Assembly: GCA_963832745.1 (NCBI GenBank)
Contig: CAWHVC010000005.1
Coordinates: 582,590-646,589, forward strand
Reading direction: 5' to 3'
Source of the DNA: Candidatus Bathyarchaeota archaeon
GTDB lineage: Archaea; Thermoproteota; Bathyarchaeia; Bathyarchaeales; Bathycorpusculaceae
DNA length: 64,000 bases
Positions within the stretch are counted from its first letter, which is position 1. Each line of letters opens with the position of its first letter. Below the pieces are notes generated by a model. That model did no database searches, was not told the origin of the DNA, and saw nothing but the letters and a program-made list of their open reading frames with translations. A program made the position numbers and the translations under genes. Below, piece after piece: positions 10,074 through 20,024 of the stretch.

Positions 10074-11378
10074 TCAAAGACTTTTCTTTCTTCTTAAAAC
10101 CACAAAAACGACGACAACTGTGAGTATTATGCCTAAAACACTTATTGCTACAACCTCAACGGTTTGGTTACCCAGTTTTTCAGGGGTTTCTAATGGCGTT
10201 TCATTTTGCGGAGCAGTTACTAAAGGGGAAGTTGTAGGAAAGGGATTCGTTGAGCCAAAAGCGTAAAGATTACCGTCCTTTGAACCCACATACATGTTAC
10301 CGTATGCTATCGCCGGCGACGATTGCACCCAGTCGCCAGTACGAAAACTCCAAATTTTCGCTCCGTTCTCGGCATTTAGGCAGTAAATGTCGCCGCTTTG
10401 AACAAGCACATGCATACCCGTACCAAAATAAACTTTGCCACCTGCAACCGCTATTGAAGCGTCTACCCAACTGCTTGTGTTAAATTCCCAAACAGTTGCG
10501 CCATTGGAGGCGTTTAGACAGTGAAGTTTTTGGTCGTTTCCACCAATGTAAACCTGCCCGTCATGGACTGATGGAGAAGAGAAAGCGCCATAAGTAACGG
10601 AGTGTTGCCAAAGAAAGCTGCCGTCTAAAGCGTTAAGGGCGATTACGTATTTGCCGTCTGTGCCAAAATAAACGGCGCCATCTGCGACTGAGGGTGAAGA
10701 CCGAACCCAGTTTCCCACATAATACGTCCAAATAATGGTGCCATCTGCAGCGTTTAGACAGTAAAAATAGCGGTCATCCGAGCCAACATACAGCTTACCA
10801 TCTGCGATTGCGGGGCATGAATCTATGACACCACCTGTTGTGTAATTCCATTTTAAAGCACCAGTTAAAGCGTCGAGTGCGTAAACGTTGTGGTCATTAG
10901 ATCCAAAATAGACAAGTCCCCCTGTTATGGTAGATGAGTCTTGCATTTTTCCAACTGTGTAGTTCCAAACTTTTTGGCCTGATGAAGCGTCTAGGCAGTA
11001 AAAGTTTTCTTCCCAGTAAGAGCTAGCATACAGATACCCATTGCTGAAGCTTGGAGCCGAATTTGCGGTACAATTAATAAATAAACGCCAAATCTTAGAG
11101 CCATCAAAAGCGTTTAAGCAATAAATGCTGCCGTCATCTGAACATACAAAAACTTTTTCGTCAGCAACTACTGGATAACCTACTGCTCCACCTGTTTTGA
11201 AGTTCCAAAGCGTATGGTTTGTTTCTGGGGCTGTGCCTGCTGAATACCCGCTGTGAATTGGGTCATGCTGGAATGTTGCCCATTCATCAACATTAGAACC
11301 ATCAGTAGCACACATAACTGGCTGAACAAGAAGAGTTAAAGTAACGATTACTAAGGATAGGACAGCTTTGGTTTTCAC
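10074..11378 (-). CDS. Secreted PQQ-like beta-propeller repeat protein with C-terminal membrane anchor
   Basis: Repeated SSP.v.dG.vYfGs.D..lYaLdA.tG...W units; signal peptide; C-terminal TM plus RRKK. Confidence 0.9.
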   Translation of the reverse strand: MKTKAVLSLVIVTLTLLVQPVMCATDGSNVDEWATFQHDPIHSGYSAGTAPETNHTLWNFKTGGAVGYPVVADEKVFVCSDDGSIYCLNAFDGSKIWRLFINCTANSAPSFSNGYLYASSYWEENFYCLDASSGQKVWNYTVGKMQDSSTITGGLVYFGSNDHNVYALDALTGALKWNYTTGGVIDSCPAIADGKLYVGSDDRYFYCLNAADGTIIWTYYVGNWVRSSPSVADGAVYFGTDGKYVIALNALDGSFLWQHSVTYGAFSSPSVHDGQVYIGGNDQKLHCLNASNGATVWEFNTSSWVDASIAVAGGKVYFGTGMHVLVQSGDIYCLNAENGAKIWSFRTGDWVQSSPAIAYGNMYVGSKDGNLYAFGSTNPFPTTSPLVTAPQNETPLETPEKLGNQTVEVVAISVLGIILTVVVVFVVLRRKKSL

Positions 11379-11467
11379 AGTACCATCAACAAAAAAATAA
11401 CAGTTTTTGGCTTTTAGTTCTATTTAGGGAACGGGACGTTCCAATGTTGGAACAGCAAACAACAGAA

Positions 11468-11632
11468 TTTCAACATATTAATGACACATTTTTCAACCAA
11501 TACGACCTACCCCCCTTAGTGATTTTAAGTTTAGAAGAGTACCGGTAGAGCCTACCCCTACTTGAAAAGGTAGGCCCCTATAGGTTTTTGCATTGATCTG
11601 CTATTTGGATCCTAATAGGCGGCTAATAGGTT
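11468..11632 (-). repeat. Dispersed intergenic repeat, copy A (long, inverted relative to the others)
   Basis: Reverse complement matches 60941-61030 (ACCTATTAG..GCCTATTAG...ATGCAAAAACCTATAGGGG and GGGGGTAGG...ATTAAYATGTTGAAA); internal hairpin GCCTACC...GGTAGGC. Confidence 0.8.
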
Positions 11633-11642
11633 GGTAAAAAAT

Positions 11643-12236
11643 TTAGGGATTTTTTGCAGTTGACTTCTGGGTTTTAAACATGAAAACCCAAAGCATCAAC
11701 CCAATTGTGGTAGCGGCAATCATTGGTATAGCAGCCTCTGTTAAAACCGGCAACGCCACATCCCAAGGCAAAAACACTGGAACTAACGCCATTGCAAACG
11801 ACTCCAAAATCAAACCAAGCAAACCAGCCTTTAACAGATAGTTTTTTCCTAAAATTTTACCTGAAACTAAACCACTGATTATACCCAGAAGTATCGTTGC
11901 AAGGGAACAAGGAAAAGCTGAGACGCCACCAAGGGTAAAACGATGCAATCCACCGATTAAGCCGGCAATTAAGCCTGAAATTGGACCACCAGCAACACCA
12001 GCAATCACAACTGCAAGTTCTCGAACATTAATGGTTAATCCGTCGGGAAGCGTAACTCCAGTCAATGTTGCAAATATGGCTAGCAAACCAAAAAGCAAGC
12101 CAGCAGCCACTTTGAAAAGTGCCGAGTTTTTTGCTTTAAAGGGTTTAAAGTTGAAACAGACTAAAGAGACAACTATCATTAAAGAAGCAGTGCCCAATAG
12201 TGCTAAAGTATTAATTATGTAGGATATATCAATCAT
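11643..12236 (-). CDS. Stand-alone LytS/YhcK-type 5TM receptor-domain protein (paralog 2)
   Basis: GLLFGLLAIFAT..G.....INVRELAV..AG..GGPISGLIAGLIGGLHR...GG; no kinase domain. Confidence 0.85.
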   Translation of the reverse strand: MIDISYIINTLALLGTASLMIVVSLVCFNFKPFKAKNSALFKVAAGLLFGLLAIFATLTGVTLPDGLTINVRELAVVIAGVAGGPISGLIAGLIGGLHRFTLGGVSAFPCSLATILLGIISGLVSGKILGKNYLLKAGLLGLILESFAMALVPVFLPWDVALPVLTEAAIPMIAATTIGLMLWVFMFKTQKSTAKNP

Positions 12237-12856
12237 TTTTTGTTTTTCTCCTTTGTGTTTATTTTTAAAATGGATTGCTTTTGGGTGTTAAACAAGTAAA
12301 CCCAAAGCGTCAACCCGATTGTTGTTGCAGCAATCATTGGAACGGCAATCTGAGACAAAATCCCAAAAGCCACATCCAACGGTTGAACCAGCACCAAAAT
12401 AAGCGTCATAGCCGCAGACTCCAAGCCAAAAGCAAGCAATGCAGCCTTTAGCAGGTAAGCCTTTCCAGAAAGTTTCATCCAGACTAACCCGCTGATTAAA
12501 CCGATGGCAACGGTTGAAATTGTACAGGGCAAAGCTGTGGCTCCGCCTACAGTATAACGATGCAAACCACCAATTAAGCCGGCAAGCAAACCAGAAACTG
12601 GACCACCAACAACACCAGCAAGCATTACCGCGAGTTCTCGAACGTTAATTATTGTTCCGTCTGAAAGTTTTGTACCCATTAAAGTAGCTAAAATAGCGAG
12701 TAATCCAAGCAGCAAACCAATGGCGATTTTGGAGGCCAACGATTTTGCGGATAGCTTGAAGGTTTTGGTGCGCAGGCAAATTAGGGTTATTATAATGATT
12801 AGGGATGCCGTGCCTAAGAGTGCAAGGGTGCTTGTTAAGACTGAAAGGTCAACCAT
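12233..12856 (-). CDS. Stand-alone LytS/YhcK-type 5TM receptor-domain protein (paralog 1)
   Basis: Same signature (INVRELAV..AG..GGPVSGLLAGLIGGLHRY..GG); ATGA overlap with paralog 2. Confidence 0.85.
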   Translation of the reverse strand: MVDLSVLTSTLALLGTASLIIIITLICLRTKTFKLSAKSLASKIAIGLLLGLLAILATLMGTKLSDGTIINVRELAVMLAGVVGGPVSGLLAGLIGGLHRYTVGGATALPCTISTVAIGLISGLVWMKLSGKAYLLKAALLAFGLESAAMTLILVLVQPLDVAFGILSQIAVPMIAATTIGLTLWVYLFNTQKQSILKINTKEKNKK

Positions 12857-12878
12857 GCTGTTTTTACAGGCTCCATTA

Positions 12879-13748
12879 TTAGTTTAAAAAGTGAACTATG
12901 ACCAGTCGCCATTCTGCGTTGTAGATGCCTATGGTTGTCCAGTAGGCTTCTTTGCTTACCACTTCGCCTGATGAGTCGGAGAGGTCTTTGTTGAAATAGT
13001 TGTAGGTGCCGTAACCGGCTTGTTCAGCCGCGACTTGTTGTGTGAATGCTTGAACTTCAGGGTAATCGGTGTAGATTGGGTCTGTTAGCAGGTTTTTGTC
13101 TTGCTGCGCTGGGTCTGGGTCATAGATTAGGGTGCCGTTTAACTGCATAGACCACATTGAGAAGCGCCCATCCTCAATAGCGGGTGTGACATATTTTTCG
13201 ATTAAAACTCGTGGCTGAATTACGATGCTTAAACTGCCGATAAACTGGTCAGTCTCATCGAAAACTGGAGAGACCATGACTACACCAGGAAAACCTTCCA
13301 CAAGCGGTATCATGTCACTCATAGCTGACCTCATAGTCTGATGCATGTGAAGGTTCTGTTCTTGACTACTGATGTCTTCGCCTTCTATGCTGGCGTAACT
13401 GGCGGGTTCAACCGCTAACAAAACATCATGGGCATCCGCGGTTACAGCATTAACAATCAACGAGTTATTATCAACCAACGCAGTAAGCACTGCTCTTGCT
13501 TGAGTGCCTGTTAATCCAGTTGTGGAAAGTTGAGTGCATGCATCAAGCAAAGCTACGTCTAAGCTTTGGAGTTCACCGTTTATTTGTGACTGGACTTGGG
13601 CAAGCCTAGTTTTCATTTCAAGCTGAGTGTCTGCTTCAGTCTTTTGCTTGCTTAAGTCAAGATTCTGGGTGTATTGGTAAACGTTTACTGCCACAGTGAT
13701 TATTAGAACGGCAGCCAAGATTATTGCTAACAGTTTTGTTGTGTTCAT
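12879..13748 (-). CDS. Membrane-anchored extracellular dCache-like protein with no output domain
   Basis: N-terminal TM, then IPLVEGFPGVVMVSPVF...GSL; NGTLIYDPDP; GYGTY; WRLV typical of Cache domains; ends without a second TM. Confidence 0.7.
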   Translation of the reverse strand: MNTTKLLAIILAAVLIITVAVNVYQYTQNLDLSKQKTEADTQLEMKTRLAQVQSQINGELQSLDVALLDACTQLSTTGLTGTQARAVLTALVDNNSLIVNAVTADAHDVLLAVEPASYASIEGEDISSQEQNLHMHQTMRSAMSDMIPLVEGFPGVVMVSPVFDETDQFIGSLSIVIQPRVLIEKYVTPAIEDGRFSMWSMQLNGTLIYDPDPAQQDKNLLTDPIYTDYPEVQAFTQQVAAEQAGYGTYNYFNKDLSDSSGEVVSKEAYWTTIGIYNAEWRLVIVHFLN

Positions 13749-14501
13749 TTAGTCACCAAGATAATTGTTTATTGTGTAAACAGCGTTTACGGTTACGGTT
13801 GAGTTTTGTTTTAGGACAAATTCGCTTAAACCTACATGCGAAACCGAGTTGCCCCAATCGTAAGTGTAACCGAGGCGTGTCCATGGGTAACGTTCAGGAT
13901 AATAGGAGTAAACTATGTTGCTGTTAAACCAGTCCTTGTACTCGGATGTTGCGGATGCTGGAAAATCAAGCTGAACTGTGGTATCGTTGATTTCGTTGTC
14001 AGGTGATGGCCTAAACAATGCGTCAGGGGAAACCCACATTTCAACAAAATAAGTGCTGCTACTGTTCGGCGGCAAACCCAAAAGCTGCATGACTCTAAGG
14101 GTAAAATTAGCATCTGAGCCAACCCGGTTTTGGAAGAATTCTTGGATTTCAGGCGCAACTGTCACCCATGTTTCACCCCAAGAAGTTGTAACCTCTTCGC
14201 CAACAGGATAACTGGATGCATATTTCGTTAAAGTGACAACCAGCACACTTTTGTTGCCAGATTCTCCTTGCCAAGTCAAATTTGTGTTTGATTCCACAAT
14301 CGGGGTAAGGTTGCTGCTGATTTCACAGGGTTTGGCAATCATTGCGTCTTCAACAGCGTTTTGATACATCTGCTCAAGCGTCAATTTGGGTGAAAAAGCA
14401 GGTTGAAATACACCATACACCTGGTAGGTGGCTGCACATACGAGTATGCCTAAAACAAAAACTTCAACAAACAATAGGCCTGAATGGGTTAGTTTACTCA
14501 T
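13749..14501 (-). CDS. Membrane-anchored hypothetical protein with YPWTRLGYTYDWG motif
   Basis: N-terminal TM; WVT, QLLGLPP, FVEMWV, LFRP and YPWTRLGYTYDWG...GLSEF blocks; directly abuts next gene. Confidence 0.75.
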   Translation of the reverse strand: MSKLTHSGLLFVEVFVLGILVCAATYQVYGVFQPAFSPKLTLEQMYQNAVEDAMIAKPCEISSNLTPIVESNTNLTWQGESGNKSVLVVTLTKYASSYPVGEEVTTSWGETWVTVAPEIQEFFQNRVGSDANFTLRVMQLLGLPPNSSSTYFVEMWVSPDALFRPSPDNEINDTTVQLDFPASATSEYKDWFNSNIVYSYYPERYPWTRLGYTYDWGNSVSHVGLSEFVLKQNSTVTVNAVYTINNYLGD

Positions 14502-14582
14502 AGTATCAACCGCTTATTGAGTATTAATGTACGCTATTTAAAATTTGGAGCAGCCAAAATATTGTTTACAACTAAACATCAC

Positions 14583-15257
14583 TCAATAAATCTGGCAAAG
14601 CCGTCCTTCCCGCAACACAAAATCCTTACACGTCGGAAACCTATCATACAAGTCCGTCGTAGTCATAACCACAGCCACCCCGCGTTCAACACTAACTTTG
14701 CCTAGCAAATCAATAAGCAGCGCAGAATTTTCATCATCTAAACTTGACGTTGGCTCATCAGCCAACAAAATCGCTGGTTCATTAACCAACGCACGAATCA
14801 CTGCGACACGCTGCTTTTCTCCACCGCTTAAACCTTCAGGAGACCGTTCTGCTAAATGTTCCAAACCGAAATACCGCAAAAGTTCAAGCCCCCGTTCCCG
14901 TCGGTCCCGCTTATTTAAACCCGCCAAAGCCATTGGCAACTCAATATTTTCTAAAACAGTCAATGAAGGCAATAAATTGAAAAACTGAAAAATCAGCCCC
15001 AGACGGTTAAGACGCAAATCAGCCTTCTCAGCCTCTTTAAGGGATGCAACGTTTTTTCCAAACAAACGCACGGAACCCGAGCTTGGAGAAGCAAGAAGCC
15101 CCATAATTTTGAAAAGGTTAGTTTTTCCAACGCCAGATTTGCCGCGGATAGAAATAAATTCTCCAGCTTGCACGTGCAAGTTAACGTCTTTAAGAACGAT
15201 TGCCGAACCATAAGTTTTTGAAACTTCAATTAATTCAATAATTTTTTTATGAACCAT
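14583..15257 (-). CDS. ABC transporter ATPase (LolD/MacB type)
   Basis: GKSGVGKT, IFQFFNLL, LSGGEKQRVA, LADEPT. Confidence 0.92.
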   Translation of the reverse strand: MVHKKIIELIEVSKTYGSAIVLKDVNLHVQAGEFISIRGKSGVGKTNLFKIMGLLASPSSGSVRLFGKNVASLKEAEKADLRLNRLGLIFQFFNLLPSLTVLENIELPMALAGLNKRDRRERGLELLRYFGLEHLAERSPEGLSGGEKQRVAVIRALVNEPAILLADEPTSSLDDENSALLIDLLGKVSVERGVAVVMTTTDLYDRFPTCKDFVLREGRLCQIY

Positions 15258-16863
15258 ACACATTCACCAAGTTATTAGAATACACGTGATTAAGTCCCGA
15301 AAGTTTGGTTTCATAGTTATCGGGGAGTGGCAGTGCGGTACCGCCGTAAATTACATACCCGTTAGTGGACATTTCAGGATAAACAATCAGCAGTCTAGGC
15401 GCTGAACCGTCTTGACCCAGAAAAGACAGCCCTGAAGAAAAATCCACAGACACATTATAGTAACCTTTGAGCAGATAAGACATTTTAGCGTCACCTGCAA
15501 TTGGCTGATTAACGTTGTGTGTTGAAATCCAGCCGCAAGCGGCAGTCTCAGGCAACCGATATAGCCAGAAGTAGCCCATGTAAGGTTCCTGTAGGGAAAC
15601 TGAAGCGTAAACGCTGTAACAGTTCACACATGAGACAGCTAACACAGTTGCTATAAGGCCGGCGGCGACGATTTTTTGTTTAGAAGTATCTTTAAAGAAG
15701 TCATACAATTGGCAGAGCGCTAATCCGAAAAGAAGGCACAAAGGCAGAATCAGAAAATTCAGCAGCCTAACAACTAAAGTTAACCCCATCGGTGAGTTGC
15801 CAAAAATAGCATAACATTCAAGACCAGCAAGCGGAGCAAGCCAAAAAACTGGCGCCAAAAGCCAACGGTGACGTTCACGCAAATTATGCTGGATAAAGAA
15901 CAGCATTGGAAATAGTACAAAGTAGGGACTAAGGTAAAGCAGGTAATGAAAAGGCAAAACTGGCGCGCCCAATACAATTGAACGTTTAGTAACAAAAGCT
16001 GCAACCAGAACAGCCAAAAACATCGTGGCACCAGAGAAAACCAAACGTTTCTTAAACTTGAAGCCCTTCAAGGTTGAACTGGGTCTTAAAACAAAAAACA
16101 GGACTAAAGACAAAACAAGAACTTGATAAGCGCCAATAGTCAAAAGGTCACTAACAGTAAAGGCAAACGTTAAACCTGCAGAAGCATAAAAAACGAAATA
16201 CCCAAATAAAGCTGCGCCAAAAAACAAAATCAAAAAAACCCCTGACCGCACAGAAAAAGCTTCTACGTCTTTTTTGCTGAAATACAACCCTATTACTAAG
16301 CATATCAGCACCCCTAGAGTGATAAAGGCGGCTAAATGATGCGTGAAAACCAAAGCTACAGAAGCCACAACAAAAAGCAGGTTACGAGCAAATGACGGCT
16401 TCATCAGAAAAATCACAAGTAACCCAACAAAGATGGGGTTGGCAAAGGTTTCTTTAGTTACCCCTGCCGTGAATAGGACATAAGGGTAAGCTGCTGCAAT
16501 CAACGCAGAAGAAACTAAGGCTACTTGCACGTTGCCAGTGATTCTGCGTACCAAAACAAAAAACAAGGGAATAGTCAGGGCACCGGCAAAAGGAACAATT
16601 AAAGCCATAACTTCGACAGGCGAAACACCTGTAACCTCAGACATTACCGAACCGAAAATGCTACTTAAGGGCCAAAAACTGTTGTAACCATCAAACACGG
16701 AACTGCTTAAAGATATGGGCGTATACTGCAGGATTAATTCGCTGTTTCGAATCATACTCCAACCGTCAGTAGAAAACGGTAACCCACTAATCAATGCAGG
16801 ATAAAGACGAATTAAGCAGGCAACCGCAAAAACCAAAAGAAGTAAGTAAGGGTATTTTCTCAT
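15247..16863 (-). CDS. Polytopic membrane protein (GT-C-like architecture)
   Basis: About 13 TM segments; first-loop FSTDGW; FTHH motif; extracellular C-terminal domain. Confidence 0.6.
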   Translation of the reverse strand: MRKYPYLLLLVFAVACLIRLYPALISGLPFSTDGWSMIRNSELILQYTPISLSSSVFDGYNSFWPLSSIFGSVMSEVTGVSPVEVMALIVPFAGALTIPLFFVLVRRITGNVQVALVSSALIAAAYPYVLFTAGVTKETFANPIFVGLLVIFLMKPSFARNLLFVVASVALVFTHHLAAFITLGVLICLVIGLYFSKKDVEAFSVRSGVFLILFFGAALFGYFVFYASAGLTFAFTVSDLLTIGAYQVLVLSLVLFFVLRPSSTLKGFKFKKRLVFSGATMFLAVLVAAFVTKRSIVLGAPVLPFHYLLYLSPYFVLFPMLFFIQHNLRERHRWLLAPVFWLAPLAGLECYAIFGNSPMGLTLVVRLLNFLILPLCLLFGLALCQLYDFFKDTSKQKIVAAGLIATVLAVSCVNCYSVYASVSLQEPYMGYFWLYRLPETAACGWISTHNVNQPIAGDAKMSYLLKGYYNVSVDFSSGLSFLGQDGSAPRLLIVYPEMSTNGYVIYGGTALPLPDNYETKLSGLNHVYSNNLVNVYGS

Positions 16864-18056
16864 TCAAAACCGCACCTTAAAACTGCAAAAGAAACGAGCA
16901 GCCAAACCAAAACAAAATTCAAAACTAAAAGCAAAGGGTCAAAACTCAAAGTTAACCCGTGAGCTAAAACTCTCAAAAAACCAGCACTGTTAAGCCAACC
17001 CAACAAAATATAGGTCAGCAAAGCACCAAAACTGCAAGCCAACAGAGAAACAGGCAGAAGCTTTAGCAGAACATCAAGTTTTAGAAGACGTTTTGAAACC
17101 CCCACGTACCTGAGTGTTTCAACTTCCTCTTTATGCTGACGAATCAAAGTTTGCGTAGCCGCAACTATAGTTAAGCTGCATAACAAAAACACCAAGGTTG
17201 ACAATATGGATAAGGCTTCGCGGGTTACGCCGTAACGATCAAGGTAACTTTTCATTAAGTTCTGAGTGCCACTGACGCTGAGTTGCCCAATATTGAATGT
17301 TATAGGCACCCAAGAAATAATGTTTTGATAGTTCATGTATTGGCTTGACGTAGAGTTTGAAGAGGCAGATTGAGTGGTTTGGGGCTGCGCAGATTCAGCT
17401 AACGCCTGATACACACCAGCAGCCGTTACAACGTCAGGATTAGTTTTAACCCGAATCAAAGTAACATGGTTATAATCAGCAAACCGTAACCATTGACCAA
17501 CATTAAGCAACACCAAAATTTCATCATCCATACTTGAGCCAGACTGGAAAACACCACCAACTTTAAGCTGCAAATATTTATCAGCCAAAGAAGAAAAAAC
17601 AAGAAATTCGTCACCAACCCGCAAGTCCAAACGGCCTGCAAGATTTTTTCCTATCAAAGCAGAATCGAAATCGGTTGGAGTTAAAGCTGCTCCATCAATT
17701 ATTTGTGCAGGATTTAATTGGAAAAACATTTCCGGCAAAACCCCGCGTACAAAAACTGACTGGTTGTTGACTATGCAGGGGGTTATGGTTTCGGGGCTGT
17801 TTACTAAAACGCCTTTAACTTGGCTAAGAGATTCTGACAGGTAAGCAGGGATAGAACCTGTAAAAGGCGTTCTACTTTGACTGCCATAAACTGCAACAAT
17901 ATCAGATTCTTCGCCCAAATAGGCATTGAAGCTTTTGTAAAAACCAAGAAAACTAAGAGCAGTCATCAAAAAAAGCGTTGAAACCAACGATAAAATTAAA
18001 ACTAAAACAATCAGGTGTCTAAGGCGTAGGTAACGAAAACTGAAAAGTTTGCTCAT
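16860..18056 (-). CDS. FtsX/MacB-like ABC permease
   Basis: TM, extracellular domain (VRGV...LIGKNLA.RL...VGD), ETLRYVG, C-terminal TMs; ATGA overlap at 18053-18056. Confidence 0.85.
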   Translation of the reverse strand: MSKLFSFRYLRLRHLIVLVLILSLVSTLFLMTALSFLGFYKSFNAYLGEESDIVAVYGSQSRTPFTGSIPAYLSESLSQVKGVLVNSPETITPCIVNNQSVFVRGVLPEMFFQLNPAQIIDGAALTPTDFDSALIGKNLAGRLDLRVGDEFLVFSSLADKYLQLKVGGVFQSGSSMDDEILVLLNVGQWLRFADYNHVTLIRVKTNPDVVTAAGVYQALAESAQPQTTQSASSNSTSSQYMNYQNIISWVPITFNIGQLSVSGTQNLMKSYLDRYGVTREALSILSTLVFLLCSLTIVAATQTLIRQHKEEVETLRYVGVSKRLLKLDVLLKLLPVSLLACSFGALLTYILLGWLNSAGFLRVLAHGLTLSFDPLLLVLNFVLVWLLVSFAVLRCGFE

Positions 18057-19087
18057 AAACGATGTATATTCCTGTAAGCAGGGTACAGGCAACCTACCGC
18101 CGAAAATACTGCAGAGAAAAGCAGGATTTGTCCAACCTGTAAAGGTTCAAGAAAAGTATTTACTTGAACGTTTTGCAAAAACCACCGCAACCCGGCAGAT
18201 GCAACCTGTGTTCCAACCAAACCCGCTACCAATCCTAAAACAGAACCAGCCAAAGCAACCAGCACTGAAAAACTGAAAACCCAAAAAAACAAGCGTACCC
18301 TTTTAGCGCCGATAGCTCTAAGCATCCATAACTCGTAATCTGAATCAGCAATTAACCGTGTAGAAACAACATATGACGTGGCTGCAACCACCAAATAAAC
18401 AGTCATTGACCATACAGCCAAAAAATTCAGTGTCTCCCCAACAGACTGCTGCAGAAACAGACTGGTCTGCTGAACCTTAACCACCTCCACGTAAGAAGGC
18501 AACACCACGGATAAACTGTTTAGGCTATTTTGCCTGTCGGCGCCACTCTTGAAAGTGAATTCTACAAAAGACAAATCATCGTTACCGGTTAACGTGTTTG
18601 CTGTTTCGAGCGGAATTATTAATTCACTGTCCAGCTGCGTCAGGGTTCTAGTAGTTCCAACTATTTTGAGGCAAAGTTTAACGCCGCCGACACTTACGCT
18701 GATCATGTCTTGGGGGTTAACATTGCAGGTTTCCGCAAGCAATATACCAATGTTGACTTCTGAAGGGTTTTTTGCAATACTTCCATTCAATGAAGCACTC
18801 AACGTTTTCAAGTAAGCATCCAAGTTGTCAACGCCGCGAACGGTAACATTGAACACGCTTGAACCGGTATTCATGCAGCCTATGAAGGTTTTTTGGGGAA
18901 AACAAGACTTCACGTACGATTGGTTTAACGCATCAACTGTTTCAGGGTTTAAACTACTACCAGATAGGGAGGAACTGTTGTTTAACAACAAGTATTTGTT
19001 GCCTATACTTGCAAGTTGCCCCACTTGGGATGTTTGATAGTTTATGAAGTTAACAATGGCAGTCATAGACGAAATAATAGCTACCAA
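18053..19087 (-). CDS. FtsX/MacB-like ABC permease (true start probably further upstream)
   Basis: TVRGVD, LRAIGAKR, GSVLGL..G, YPAYR; open frame continues about 75 nt upstream. Confidence 0.8.
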   Translation of the reverse strand: MVAIISSMTAIVNFINYQTSQVGQLASIGNKYLLLNNSSSLSGSSLNPETVDALNQSYVKSCFPQKTFIGCMNTGSSVFNVTVRGVDNLDAYLKTLSASLNGSIAKNPSEVNIGILLAETCNVNPQDMISVSVGGVKLCLKIVGTTRTLTQLDSELIIPLETANTLTGNDDLSFVEFTFKSGADRQNSLNSLSVVLPSYVEVVKVQQTSLFLQQSVGETLNFLAVWSMTVYLVVAATSYVVSTRLIADSDYELWMLRAIGAKRVRLFFWVFSFSVLVALAGSVLGLVAGLVGTQVASAGLRWFLQNVQVNTFLEPLQVGQILLFSAVFSAVGCLYPAYRNIHRL

Positions 19088-19379
19088 AAGCGCTATTGCT
19101 AGAACAGCGGCAAAAGCACCTTTTTTATGGAAAAGCAGACGATAAGTTAGAAAAGACGTATCTGATTAACCAGTATTTTGAAGGTATTTGTCGATGGCTA
19201 TTTAGAATACATGTTTTCTTGGGTTTTTTCTGCCAAAGGGGAAACCGGCACAGACATAAAATGGAAGACGCGTTGTCTGAGCCAATAACTATTTTTTAAC
19301 TCAAGAAACAAAATAATTTTCTTAGCCACCAAACAAACGGTATATAGTTTTTGTTGGAAAATTGCATGTTCATTGTTTT

Positions 19380-20024
19380 TTACGCTAAGTCAAGTAGTTG
19401 CATTAGGTCTTTTTGTACTTCAGTAATTGTTTTTTTTCCATCCAAAATGGGCATTCCTAAAATGTTGGCAAGCATCAAATAAAGTCGCCGTCTTTTAGTT
19501 AAATAAGTAATGTTAGGGATGTCATTTTTGCGGGATAGCGCTGTTTGCTCATCAACATCAATTAAAATCAATTTTGAATTCCTTGGAATGGAAGACAAAA
19601 GCAAACGACTAGGCATTTTACGCAAAAAATCATTGTCCCCCGTATCGCAAATCAAATCAACTATCAAATCAGGAATATAACGGTCGCATAAAATAATAGT
19701 CCCTTTTTTTAAAGGCACAATTATTCGGAAAAAAACATGCAAAACGGCGTCAGTAACAAAAAACCAACCCCAAAGATTAGCTAAAACTCTATTTAGATAA
19801 AAACTATGAACTGGAACACGTAAATTGTTCTTCTCTAAAGTTACCCATTTAGTGTAACCTAACAAACGGCAAAATGCAAGAAAAGGATAAGAAAACAGAA
19901 TAGGCCAACGAAACCAAATAAGCTTAACCTGAGCATTGTTTGAGTTCATACATTTTGCAAGCATCTTGAGCTGAGCGGTTTTTCCTTACCCGTCAACGCC
20001 ACAGAGGGCAATAAAGGATCCCAT
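19380..20024 (-). pseudogene. Thymidylate-kinase-like P-loop protein with an in-frame stop in the P-loop
   Basis: ATG at 20024 gives MGSFIALCGVDG*GKT; CDRY motif downstream; TAA at 19986-19988. Confidence 0.8.

Noticed and set aside
19986-19988. Stop-codon recoding (Sec/Pyl or alternative code) in the kinase-like gene
   Set aside because: The codon is TAA, which terminates many genes in this window.
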